DNA of 64,000 bases from the human T2T-CHM13v2.0 reference genome, Homo sapiens. The notes under the pieces were generated by a model, which did not search any database, was not told the DNA's origin, and saw only the letters and a program-made list of their open reading frames with translations. Below, piece after piece: positions 44,798 through 58,174 of the stretch. The first letter of the stretch is position 1, and each line of letters begins with the position of its first letter. The position numbers and the translations under genes were made by a program. Location: assembly GCF_009914755.1 (NCBI RefSeq), contig NC_060927.1; one strand, written 5' to 3'.

Positions 44798-46848
44798 ATA
44801 TAATTAAATATTGACATACTAATTTTCTCATTAGTAAATTTAAAAACATATCCTCTCTGTTGTCATGTTGGTTGGCTATAAACCAGAGAAATCAAGGGGT
44901 AGGGGCACCGGTCTGGAAGTTAGGAGCACCTGAACTGGCTATGTGTCTTTGGGAAACTGCTTCTCTCTCCTGGGACTGATTGCATTTTCTCATCCTTAAA
45001 TGAGATTGTCATACCTATGTGACCTCTTATTCATGGACACGAGCCTTCTCCAGCTCTAGGATGCTATTTCATTTGTCGCACAGGGACTCTGACTGTGTTT
45101 GTTGTAGAAAAAGGAAGAAGCTTTTACCAATTTAAAGAAAGTTTTCTCAGTCTCTGACTTGTCCATTTGAAGCTATTTTATTTATTTCTTTACAAAAACA
45201 AGTCCTGATCTTTTTTTTTTTTTTTTAGGTTTGATATGATCAAAGCTGTCACTTCAGTCTTTCACTAACTGGGCTCCTTAGAATCTCATTTAGAATTCTC
45301 AGAAACCAAAAGCCAGTGAAATAAAGTCAAAGGAACAGAAATGTCACCTTCCAGGAAACTCCAAAATGCCATTAACACCTTTAATGAGGCTTTTTAAAGG
45401 AAGAATCAGTCTGCATTTTCAGTGGGCCCTCTAGTCTGTCTCTTTATGCTCATCAGGAAGCTAGAAGATGGCAGCCCATGAGCTTCTTCCCTTGCCTTTG
45501 CAGTCTGTGGGTAGGATGTTACTTCTAATTGACTTAACTGAAACCTAGTGCAAGTACATTAGGTTTCTTCCTGCCCTCAACCCTAACACCACTTGGGCAA
45601 AGTGGACTGACAATTTACTTTTGAGAAATAGCATTAATGGAGTGAAAAATAAAATTTTTTAAAAAAATAGTTGGAATTCCTGTTGTGAATTGTTGGTTAA
45701 ATCTTGAGATTGGTTCGCATTATGCAGTCATAAGGTTTTAAATCATCTAGCAAAAGATTTCTGGGGATTGAGCTGTTCCTTTCTCTATGTTTACTACCAT
45801 TATTTGGAAATGAAAAGGGCAGATAACCTTCTTTTAAATAGCAACCATGCTTGGGGTCTCCTATTCTTAATCATTACAGGCTAGAAAAAGGGGGCAGGGA
45901 ACTCTGGACATCAGATTTTAAAACCTGAGGTTTTAAAACTAGAAAGCATTTACATGATATTAAGGCAGGGACTCTGAGTCAGACCAAGACACAGTCAAAT
46001 CCCAGGTTGCCATTGTCTTAGACATAATATATATTGACCTGTTTTCTCATTTGTAAATGGTGGTGGTAGTGACTGTCAATAGGATTTTATGGGAATGTAT
46101 AAATTTACATATACATTTATAAATGTAGTTTATATGTATGTATAAACTAGAGCATCTGGAACATAGTAGATATCCAGTCAAATAGTGATCTATTATAATC
46201 ATTATTGTTATTTTTATTGTAAATAATAAGCATATTCCTTGAACAATGCTTTAAGTATTTGCTTTAGTTATGATTTTTATAGATTATATTATTTTTATTT
46301 AGTTTTAGGTTTATTTTATGCTTATGAAAGATACCTTAAGGACAATAGTATGCATGACTTCAACCTTTTAATAACAAGGTGAAGCAGCAGCAGCAATACT
46401 GTGTCTCTCTAATGAGATGGAATATTACTGATAGCTCTGAAGCCCCTATGTGATTATTCCCAATGAAATCCTCTCTCCTCTCCTTAGAAGTACCACATTC
46501 CACTTTGGTTTTACCACACTTATTCCTAGACAATAATTTTTTGACATTCTATGTTTTTGACCCTTATGATCTAAAAAAAAATAATACTTGTATGTGTGCT
46601 GTACATGTATTCTGTACATGTGGTGTGCTTCTCTGTCTCAACATTATGTTAAGATTTATCCCTGTTGATGAATGTACCTATTGTATGTTCTTTGCCACTG
46701 TGGTAGAATATTCTATTGTATAAAACAAATATGCCCTATTTTTTAAATCATTCCTCCTATTTATGGATGTTTAGTGTTTTTCCAGTCTTATTTATTTATT
46801 TATTTATTTTTTGCTATTTTGAATGTGACTATTGTTACTATTCTTCTG

Positions 46849-46923
46849 TTAGGTTAACTATGTGAAATCGCCATTTTTATAGGTCAGTGATCCAAACTAA
46901 AAATTTCATATGATACAACCCAA
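46849..46923. mobile_element. MADE2-like mariner MITE (~75 bp)
   Basis: Imperfect terminal inverted repeats ttaggttaactatgtgaaat / atttcatatgatacaacccaa around gccatttttataggtca. Confidence 0.65.
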
Positions 46924-47165
46924 TTGATGTCTGGTGTATATTTTTAAGATTATATCTGAAGCATATACCTAAGTGTGGCAGAAATGCTGATTTATAGGGT
47001 ATATAAATTTTCAACTTTTAAAATGAAACATGATTGTATTACAAAGAGATTACACCAATTTATACCCCCAAATGAAAACTGTCATTGTCCCACTTCCCAC
47101 CAACATTTGATATAAATTTTCATTTTGGTGGATGTAAAATATAGTTTTAATTTGCAGTTCTGTAA

Positions 47166-47538
<373 letters not shown>

Positions 47539-48167
47539 TAGGTATGTACTGCTTAGAGGTGTTTCCCTACAATATCATCTTTGCTGCTGCTGAGAAAATG
47601 GCAAAATAAGATTATTTATGTTTTTATCCTTTTGAAGAAGAGAACTTATTGATTTTTAGTTTGTATTTCATAGTCATATGGTTAAAACTTTAAGGGATAT
47701 ATTATACATAGGATTTTTTTAAAGTATTATAATTTTTTTTATAAATTAACATATTTTTATTTTTATAAAATAATTATTTTGTTTGTATTATTTTGCAGTT
47801 ACATATAATACTTAACATTTAGAACTTCAAAGCACAAAAGTTTAGAACTTTTAGATATTGCCTTTTGGCATTTTGCAGAAATCCATACTAAGTCTTATGT
47901 ATGGTTCACTTTGTTATAAAGAATTTTTTTTTCTTAATTTAAGAATTGGGATGATGAAACTGGCAAATGACCCATTATTTTCTCTTTTTCTCTGTGGCCT
48001 TGGTGAGGTCATTTGTAAATATTTGCTGAGTCTGAGTCAAGAGAAAGATACTACCTTACATAAACACTTACATATAAACACTATATTTAACTCTATTTTA
48101 ATAACAAAATAGGTTGATTTTGTCCATGTAGAGATTTTATCTTGCTTGTATCATTTTGGTTTCCCAG

Positions 48168-48197
48168 GTCTTGTTTCATCATCTGTGTTGAGTAACC
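48168..48197 (+). other. MYRIP: 5'UTR part of the MYRIP first coding exon
   Basis: Acceptor ttttggtttcccag ends at 48167. In-frame TGA at 48189-48191 upstream of the ATG. Good Kozak context (accATGg). Confidence 0.85.
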
Positions 48198-48307
48198 ATG
48201 GGGAGGAAGCTGGACCTGTCTGGTTTGACTGATGATGAAACAGAGCATGTTCTTCAGGTGGTTCAAAGAGACTTCAATCTTCGCAAAAAAGAAGAAGAAC
48301 GACTAAG
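48198..48307 (+). CDS. MYRIP: MYRIP (myosin VIIA and Rab interacting protein, Slac2-c) first coding exon, N-terminal Rab27-binding SHD1 helix
   Basis: [36 protein letters not shown] plus 2 nt; donor AG|gtgaga at 48308. Recognised as the MYRIP N-terminus (Slac2/melanophilin-like Slp homology domain). Confidence 0.95.
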
Positions 48308-49019
48308 GTGAGATGCCTGTTTTGCTCAGCAGCGTACAGCAAACCACATGTGGACAAGCGTAACAGGTTTCCTGAGGGTATTCCCTCCTGCTAGCCCTGA
48401 GTTTGGATATACACTTATGTTTGTCAGAATGTCCTGTCCTTTGTAGAAAGGTTTGCCAGTTTCAGAAATGTCAGTTCAGAAATGTGTTGCTCACGGTCCC
48501 AATCAGGGTTTTGTTGGGACTTCTGACCCTGTATGTCATTACTAGCTATAGAATGAGTGGAGCTTGTGGTGAACACGCTGCCTTGAGCTTCCTCTTGGCC
48601 TTAGTTTTTTGTTGGCAGGTCTTATTGAAGGATAACCAAAGTGTTAAGTGAACAGTTCTTGTGAGAATGAGTCTCATGCATGTACAATGTTCTGTTTAAA
48701 CTCTCAGCTACTGTAGCACAGGAAAAGAGCTTTGAAGATCAGATACAAGGAAACTGACCACCAGGCTGGGATGGGATCACCTGGCTTAGCACCACTTCCC
48801 TCATTTTATAGAAGAGGAAACTGAAGCCTGAAGAGGTAGTCTCCTGACTCCTCTGCAGTTGATATTTCCCCATGAAAGGCTCTTGGAAATACTATGGCAG
48901 GTCAGTTCCAACTATGCCTAAGTTGGAAGAAGTCAGAGTGATAGAAATGAGGTCATGTGTTAGGCCTAATGTATTGAAACTGATGGTAGGTCAGTATTAG
49001 TCTCCCTCATCTATAAAAC

Positions 49020-49960
49020 CTATTATTCCTTGGGATTCCATGGGTTTATTCACAGCACCATCTTCTTCCTTAGACACTAAGCAAAAACCTGTTTTGCTCA
49101 CTTTGATTATCCAACAGCTAGAACAGTGCCCAGCACAGTTTTAAATCAATTAATTATTAATAGATTTCTTGTCTTTCATCAAACAAGTATATATTTAATA
49201 TATACTATATGTGAGACCAAAAAATGGTGGAAATAAAGATTACACTAAGGTGCTTATAGCCTAGCAAGGGACATAACATTGCCAAGAAGTATAAAGTCTG
49301 AGGTACTCCGAGATAGAAGGAAAACAATCCCTTTTTGGTGGTAGGAAAGATTTACCAGTTTTAAGCTGAGTGAGAAAGGGCATGAGTAGAGCTTTGGCAT
49401 AATCCTGAATTTCCATATTTACATATAGAATATAAAAGAGAACAGAGTCAAGGACGTCCCCAAGGTTTTTTGGCATAGGAAACTGAAGAATGAAGTTGTC
49501 ATTCACTGAATATAAAGACAGAGGAGCAGGGTATTTTGTAGCCAGGTAAAGTTGAGAGCTCTGTCTCAGGCATCTTCAATTTGAGATGAATATTGGACAT
49601 CCAAAGGAGATGCCAACTTGGCATTTATGTATTTGCAACTAGGAATCAAGTGGGAGGTCCAAGTTGGAAATTAAAATGTCATGGAAAAGGTCACCAGAAC
49701 AATAGGAGAGTAGATGGAGCAGGGAAACTAGTACAGTTGCTTGGCAGCGCTAAGACCAACTTGAAGTTTGTGGTCACTATTTTACATTGAGACCAGTTTC
49801 TACATGGTAGTGTTTTCCCTGTATCTTTCAGCCTCTTTCCTCTACTGAACCATTGGAAAGAACCATGTCTTGATCAGTTTTGTGCCCCAATCTCTGGACA
49901 CAGGGCCTGGCACACCGTGGGTGTGCCCTAAACCTCTGTGGAATGGATGGATACATGTAG
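49020..49960. mobile_element. L2 fragments
   Basis: ctagaacagtgcccagcacag; tccccaaggttttttggcataggaaactg..ttgtcattcactga; cacagggcctggcacaccgtgggtgtgccctaaa. Confidence 0.55.
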
Positions 49961-51609
49961 ATTGATTGTCAATCCATATGACTAACTTCATGTGTGGTTT
50001 GAAGAATCCACCTTAATATTTCCTTTAAATCATAAAGACCATCTGTGTGTCATGCTTCATCTCCTGGAAACTCACATATGGATAAGCCAAGACCTTGTTT
50101 AATGTCCTTTTCTGACTGTGGAGACTTGCCTTAGCTCCATTGCAGAGTCAGGTGCCAGTCCATGTGGAAGAGCAGCTTTAGGGCTTGGTTTGAGGAGGAA
50201 AATTTTAAAGAAAGAGCAGCTGTCACTGTAGTAGACCCAACAAAATGGGCACCGTCTATCTCATGAGGACAGGTAGTCTTAGTGGACAGCAGTCAGTAGC
50301 CTACTGCAATTCTGTGAAAATGCATGGTTATGGGAACCTGCTTATAATGGAGAAAATGATGCTTGAAATCACCAGTGGCCAAAGAGGAATGACTGCTTGC
50401 CATGGCAGCTCTTGTGGCACTGGAACTGGACATTTTTTCTCTGAAGACAGTTGTTACTATTGTCCTCTGCCCATGACCAGTGACATGCCTTGATAGCTAC
50501 CTAGCAAACTGAGGTGACATTCTGAATGATTCCAGCAAAGAATATTACTGTCGAATAAAAAGATTATGACACTGCAAAACCACTGAAATTGCCAAACATT
50601 TGCCTCACCTTTTTATATTGCTTGAATTTTGGGTATGTGAAAGAATCTAGGAGGTAGTATTATTGAACTGAACTTTGAAAGTATTTTAGAATTATAGAAA
50701 GTATTTTCCTTTAATGAATGTATAACTCATAATAGAAGACTTTTTTAAATTTTACAATCTTGAATTAGTTTCCTTTTCCCCCGACCAGCTGTTCTTTATT
50801 TACCTAGTTTCTCTGGCTAGGTTTTGTGAGGGTAGGTCTTGAGTGTAGTAGAGCTTATCCAGTGTTTATAATGATCTGTTCTTCAGTTCAGACGTTAAGT
50901 GTAATAGTAAATAGGAGGTGGGAGTGTGAATTAAGTGTCCTCAGAACACATCATGGTAATGTAAAGAGGGATAATGGGGATGAAGAATTCATGGAAAGAG
51001 AACTAAAATGTATAAAGCAGTCAGCTTGAACTGGCACTGCCCTGGGTACTGCACAATTTATCTTATTGATTCCTCACTAAAGTCACTATAATGTTAGCAC
51101 CAGCTTACATGGAGGCATCCAAGAACAGAGAGATTACAAAGCTTGCTCAGAATCACACAGTTAATTGGAGTAGGGCCAGTATTTTGTTTTCCAGATTCTC
51201 TCCATTACGTAGACTGGGTTAAACCATTTCAAAACTGTTTTACTCTCCCTCCCTCCTTAAAATAATTCCTTAGTATCATCTAATGTCCAGTAAATTTATC
51301 CAACTATCTTTTTTCTACAATGTGTTCAAATCAGAATCCAAACAAGGTCCACTCATTAGTCTGGTTGTTTTGAATCTTAAACCGCTTAATTTTGTCATTA
51401 TTTCTGAGATAATTCAGAAGGCAAGCATGGTATTTGGTGTCTCTGATAATATTTTACTTTTTTAGTTTGTCATTTTATGGTTAGGCTGATTAGACTTGGA
51501 GCTTAGTTTTGTTGTAATTTTCTCCCCCTTTAATATGGTCCTTTGATAACAATTTAGATCTTTTCCAAATTCTGCTATTTAAATTTTTTAAAAATTCATA
51601 GCTAAGTGT

Positions 51610-51914
51610 TTTTCTTTGTTTGTTGTTTGTTTGTTTGTTTGTTTGGAGACAGAGTCTCACTCTGTTGCCCAGGTTGGAGTGCAGTGGCACGATGCAACCT
51701 CTGTCTCCCGGGTTCAAGAAATTCTCCTGCCTCGACCTCTTGAGTAGCTGGGATTACAGGTGCAAGCTCTCACACCTGGCCAATTTTTTGTATGTTAGTA
51801 GAGATGAGGTTTCACCATGTTGCCCAGGTGGGTCTCGAACTCCTGAGCTCAGGCAATCTGCCCACCTCGGCCTCCCAAAGTGCTGGGATTACAGCCATGA
51901 GCCACTGCGCCTGG
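51610..51914 (-). mobile_element. Alu with (TTTG)n tail and a small internal deletion
   Basis: Reverse dimer; ggcacgat|gcaacctc lacks the usual ctcggctcact. Confidence 0.92.
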
Positions 51915-54690
51915 TCGTGTTTTTTTTTATTTCCCAAAAGCATGTATTTAGAATGGATGTGATATTGTTACCCATATGGAAGGGGCAATGTGACTGTCCT
52001 GGCTCTGGCAGGTAAGTGGAGAAGGACACTGGGGAAAGCTTACAGCCCTCATTCTTTACAGGACTCCTACTATCCCCCACTGTCTGCTACAGCTCACAGT
52101 GAGCAGAGGCACATCGTGGTTGGTGTGTAGATATCAGCTGCTGTGTGTAGGTAGTCACAGGCCTCACTATGTAAAGTGATTCTGTCAACCCCATGTCAGT
52201 AAGATGAGACACTTTCTCAGCACTGGGGATGTGATGCATTGAATTTTTAATGTCATTAAAGCTATATGTTTATAGCAGGACTGTTGGGGGAAGATAGAGA
52301 ATTGATAGGCCTGAGAATAGTAGACAGGCAATACCAGATACTGGAGGTGAGGACTTATTTACAAATTCAGTAGAGTAAGTGTTGATTCCATTTCTCCAAG
52401 ACACACAACAGGATTAACACTATGGATGGAGGATGCTGGAAACAAAAGGCATGGTGACGCCTGCTCCTACCTCCAGGTGCTTTGGGTTTTATCTAGATTA
52501 CTCAAGTAAATGTGTCAAAAAGTTCATATTGTACTTGGTTAATTTTATTTTCTGTGTTTCTTTTTTATCAGATGATTTCAGGCAAATAGTAAAATTATGC
52601 AAATGGTAAAGAAGACCTTATAATGAAAAGCCTAAGTCCTCTGCTCCATATTTAGTTCTTGGTCCTTTAGACCTCCTGGCATGACCTTCATAAATCTAAA
52701 CATGTGCTTCTGTTGCTATATTTCAATATATCAGTATTAGACATTCTTTCAGTTTTCTGCTCTGAAATTGGGGACTTAGCTCACTTACTTATATTACCCT
52801 TGTCTTTTGTTTCTTGATGATTATATTATTATTTTTGGCTTGGTGTTCTACTAGTCATCTTTCAAACTTAAATAATAGATGGAAACCTCTGAGTCTTGTT
52901 CTGTCAATGTTTGCCATTCTTTTTCAGTTCTGACAGTGCAACATTCAAATAGTGTCCCTGTCTTTACCTCTTTACCTCCTTCTGCCCTGTGTCCCAGCTT
53001 TCCCTATAATAGCTTTACTCTCATACATACAAGGTTGGGGCATTCACCCGCTGTTCCAAAAACATATTTGAGTCTCCTGTTTTGTTCATAGGATGATTCT
53101 AACTGTTGTAGCCCTTATATAGTTACGATTGAAAATATTAACATTGTTTACCGCTACCTCTCCATCTTTTTCAGAGCTTTATTGAAGTTAGCAGGTATCT
53201 GATTGTTCTTTTCCTTTTCTCTTTACCATTATGAATTAATTGTTTTTATTTCTTTGCTATTATTGGAAAGTGGTCTTGAGAGGGAGCAGAGGCCATTAAG
53301 TGTTTGCTTTGTCTGTCATCTGGAATCTAAATTCCACAGTAACTTGCTTACTAGTCAAGGTCATGTGAGGATCCTGGGGAGCGTGCAGAGGTGGAAAGCA
53401 CTCCCGGTGTGCAGCATATGTGCAGAGCATGCTTTGGGGTCAAACAGATATGGGTATGAGTCCTTCTATCATGATTATCATGATTATGTTGGGCTATTTG
53501 ACCTCTGAGCCTCAGAGGTCAAAATGAATCCTCTGGGCTTCATTTTGACCCAAAGCCTGGGTCATTGCTGCACATTAACCATGTCCCATTTGTAGGAAAG
53601 TTGACATTTCTGGAAACTTCACCCTGACTTTTCCTTCATCTCTGTTGATAGAGCCTCTACGGGTGAGGCACCCCATGATATGGGCTGTGTTCTTTCTGTA
53701 ACAGCTCTATCCCCAGGTTCTATGATTGCAGGCATTGGTCTTGCCTACTGAGAACATATCTTTTCATGAACTTTCAGGTTTCTACACTTAACTTTGATTG
53801 CCCTCTCTGCTTCTAGTGTTCCTCCGTTTAGGAGAGTATGGCTAAACATACTGAGTGCCTAAACAGAATTCAATGGAAATAATAAATTAGCATAACAACA
53901 CAGTATCTTCAACTTTGTCTATAGCAGTTATGCTTTCCCAGTAATGAAATATATCATCTATGTCATATGACTTTTTCCATACCTTTATTCTCTCAGTTAT
54001 GTAACTCTTGAGAAATTTTCAAATAGTAGAAAAAAATAACCGGGCACCTATGCCACATTTAAGTCCATGATGTTCAAAAGTCTTACCCAACTACCAGATT
54101 TCTACTAGTATTTGAGTGGGAGTGTGGGGCCCTCAGCTGGGATCAGTGTGGTATTTATAGCTGCACCAGGTACTGTTGGACAGCTTTTGGACAAGCATGT
54201 TTTTGATGACATTGTTCATGGCAGAAATAAAGTCTTGGAGAAGAGAAGAGGCACTGACTGGAAGAAGAAATGCAAAATACAGCTTCCTAGGCTATCAACA
54301 GACTAGCAGGCAGACCATCCAGGTTCAGTGTGATTAGGGGTGGGAGAGGTTAAGACTTGTTTCCCTCTGTTGGACCCCAGTGCTTCCTGTGTGACTCAGA
54401 TAGAGGAGGCCTGGCATCAATTGGAGTGCATTGGTCTCCCCATGGTAACTCTTGAGTACCGAACTCCTGAGTACCCCATGGACTGTGTCTGCTTGGGTGT
54501 TGGGCATTTGGTTTAGTGTTCATCATCAAAGGCCATGTTCCCTCCTCTCCATCTGCCTTTCTGTGTATCTGGCAGACAAAATTTTAAGAACTTTTTCTTC
54601 ACATCTACAGTGTAGCATATCATGATGTTTCATCAGTATAAATATATAGATAGATTAAATTATTAAAATAAGTAAATAGACTGTCACCTG

Positions 54691-55065
54691 TGTGGCAGAG
54701 ATAAACAGTGCTCACCAAATATCTTATGTGCTCATGCATATTCCCAGTGCCTTCTGCAGTTAGATTGCAGCCATGTGATTAGGTCTGGATAATCGACAGT
54801 GAGAGGAAGGGCCTGTATTACTTCCAGGTCGGGGCACTTAAGAGCTGGTGTGACTCTACTACCTCTCCCCTCGCCTTCTGTGGTGTCCTTGGAGGCCTTG
54901 TGTGGAAACATGGCACCACATGATGGAGAGAGCCTGATCCCTTTGACACTGGATGGAAGAGAGTTTCTGATGATCAGCAGGAGACTTTGTGTGGGTTTAT
55001 TGGGTTAAGTCATTGAGGCCTTGGGGTTTATTTCTCACAGCGACATAGCCTAGTATTACTCTAAG
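54691..55065 (+). mobile_element. MLT1-type (MaLR) solo LTR
   Basis: tgtggcagag..tgctcaccaaatatc..ttcccag..tgcagttag..gccatgtga..ttacttccagg..ttaagtcattgag..ggggtttattt..acatagcctag. Confidence 0.75.
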
Positions 55066-57262
55066 TAATAGAGTTTTTGAGAGCTAAAAGAGAGCCAAAT
55101 ATTTATTATGCCCCAACCTTTGACTTGTAGATGAAGAAACACGCTCAGAGGGTGCATAGGCAGTTAGTGGTAGAGTCTGGATGCGACCTGAGTTTCCTGA
55201 TGCCAGGGCTCCGTGTCGTCTGCCATTGGGCCTCTCAGGTAGTAGAAGACACCTGCAGCAAGATATCCAGACCTAAACTGGAATCACAGTTTATGCACTA
55301 TGATTTTATATCATCAGGAACATTTACAAAGTGGTTTTAAAAATGACTGTTAATTGTACAATCCTCTGGTGTTCAAACTGAGTCTTGGAGTCATTGATGA
55401 GATAGCCACAGGCTTTAAAATTTCTCATTTACTATGTGCTTGCCAAAAGCTAGTTAGCATTTGGATAACTTCCAAAGGTTGCTGGTGCTCTAATGGACTT
55501 GGTCTGTGGAGTAGCAGGGGTTAGACTGGATGCAATTATTTTCTGTAACTGCGACTGGCGCCTAGGCTGGGCCAGGGGAAGGAAGGGAGAGCAGAGGGCA
55601 GTGAGTGTGAGATAGCACTTCCTGCTGTGTCTTTCCCAGGCGCAGCTGCCACAGCCCAGCAGCTATGATGTGTCAGCTCCTCTTCTGGCCTGTGTTAAGG
55701 AAGGGGAAATAAACGCTTTTGAGACCTGTTTCTGTTGCCCATAATGGTACCATTACTCACTTGCAGATGTGGCCCACATCTTCCTTGCCACCTCCAGGGG
55801 TAATCTTCCACCCCCCCCATTGCTCAGGTCTAAGTGTTCTGAGAAAATAAATAAGAGCTGCCAGGGTTTGTTGGAGACCCACTATGAGGAAGCAAAGCCT
55901 TTCTCAAAATCTAGAAATAATTTGTGTTTCTAGTCAGTGACACAGAGACTCCTCTGAGGATTAATCACCATTTCTTAAAGTAGAAAGAACATGGTACTTT
56001 AATAAAATGAGTTAGTGATCTTTCTTCATTCAAGATTTATTTTCATTTTAAACAAAAATTTTATTATAAGAACTTAGTAGAAACTCAAAAAGTTTCTATT
56101 TCAAACAGTAACATTCCTTTGTTTTTACTGTCTTTTGTTCTGAACACTTAAATTAAGCTAATGAATTAGCAAATACTTCTGCTTATATCCTTCCCTGAAG
56201 CTGGAAGACAGATCACCTTGTCTTTAGAAGAAATATGCCTTATGGTTTGTGAAATAACTGTGTGTGCACAGAGTGCATTTGCCTGAGGTCTCCTCATGGC
56301 CTTTTGTAGCTCTTTGATATTCTGTACTAACACTTTGGCATTAACCTGCCCAGTTAATGAATCTGCTGTCTCAGTGGGGATGCTCCAAGGTAGTTCCTTC
56401 GATGGGATTGGTAGATCAGGTCACCTGGCAGTGCCCTGAAAAATCAGAGTTGAGAGCAGGTGCATTTAATGGTGCAGTGGGAGGCAGGACACAGCTCTGG
56501 TTGAGATCACTTTGTGATGGGGGAAGGCCTAGGAGGAGACAGAACTGGGAGACCTGGGGAGAGAGCCTGGAGACTCATGGAGGGCAGGTGCGCAGGCCGC
56601 AGAAAGGAGAGTGGAGAGGACTGATCTTAAAGCTAGAAGGTATCTCACAAGATTATTTTTAAAACTCTGTCTTAGTATTGGTATTTTTGTCAATAATGGA
56701 AGGCCAATATTAATCCAAAGCTGTTGGGTATTTATTAATTTGCTTCAAAATCATATTTTGAATGTCAGGACCCTTCTGGGCAAATATGAAAGGGGTGAAA
56801 GGGCAGTAGGGGACTCACAAATTTAGTAAGGTTATTAGCCCTTGAAGAAGAGTCCAAAAGATGAGCTAAATCCTATATGAATAATTAGGATGCTATAGAC
56901 AGTGAGAAATAAAGATATTAAGGCAGACTCATGGGAATACATCTGTCTTAGAGGAGGGGGCTAGGAAAAGGAAAAGACTTCCTGAAGGAGAGCTGTGTTT
57001 GATTTGACCCTTGAAGATGGACTGGATTTTTTAGTGGATTGAGACATAGGTCTGAGCAGCAGGGAGCATCCTGGGTAAAGTAATATGGATAGAAAAGGGA
57101 ACATGTTTTCACAACCCCAAATCAGGACCTGTGGTGGGGCAGGGGAGGAAGAGACTGTTTTGAAGATAATTCTACTTCACTGTTACTAATAGCATTGAAT
57201 AGAGTGTGGGGTTCCAGGAATATCATCTCCCTTTATCCCAACAATCCTGGGAAAAGCACGTT

Positions 57263-57573
57263 CTTTTTGTTTGTTTGTTTGTTTGTTTTGTTTTGAGACA
57301 GAGTCTCACTCTGTCACCCAGGCTGGAGTGCAGTGGTAGATCTCGGCTCACTGCAACCTCTGCTTCCCGGGTTCAAGCGATTCTCCTGCCTTAGCCTCCT
57401 GAGTAACTGGGATTACAGGTGTGTGCCACCACACCCCGCTGATTTTTGTATTTTTAGGAGAGATGGGATTTCATCATGTTCGTCAGGCTGGTCTTGAACT
57501 CCTGATCTTGTGATCCACCCACCTCTGCCTCCCAAAGTGCTGGGATTACAGGCCTGAGCCACCATGCTCGGCC
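57263..57573 (-). mobile_element. Alu (AluSg-like) with (TTTG)n tail
   Basis: Reverse dimer with cctgatcttgtgatcc. Confidence 0.93.
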
Positions 57574-57871
57574 GCATATTCTTATCTATTTACAAAATGG
57601 GAGAACCGAGGCTCTAAAACGGTGTTAAATAATTTGCTCAAGTTGTACAGAGTAAGAAGTGAATTCAAACTCAGGCAGAACAGCCCTAGAGTGAGACCAG
57701 TACCAAGGCAGTACACTGCCCTTGGTACTGAAAACAAGGACATTCAGGTGCCGTGGGATAGAATAGATGAAATTAGGACCATCTTGGAAAATCTGGCACC
57801 TGTGCTTGCTAAAACTTGGGATGTGTTCAGGGATGGGAAAGTGGTAGGGTTTAAGTCAGTATATGAGAAGT

Positions 57872-58174
57872 GTGTAGTTGGGACAATACAGTAGCCAACT
57901 AGCCACATGTGGCATTAAGCACTTTGAGTATGTCTTATCCAAATTGGGGTGTAGTCTAAGTGTGAAATAAATGCTAGATTTCAAAGATCAAGTATAAAAA
58001 ATGTAAAATAGCTCAATAATTTTTATATTGATTACACATTGAAATGTTTCTAAAATTACATCTTAAATATATTTTTAAAGTTAATTTCACTTTTTTTTAC
58101 TTTTTAAAATGTGGCTACTAGAAAGTTTTAAATTATGTATATGGCTCACATTATATTTTTATTGGACAGTGCTG
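57872..58174. mobile_element. MER33-like hAT-Charlie element
   Basis: agtagccaactagccacatgtggc..ttttatattgattaca..aatgtggctactagaaa..tggctcacattatattt..ttggacagtgctg. Confidence 0.8.
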
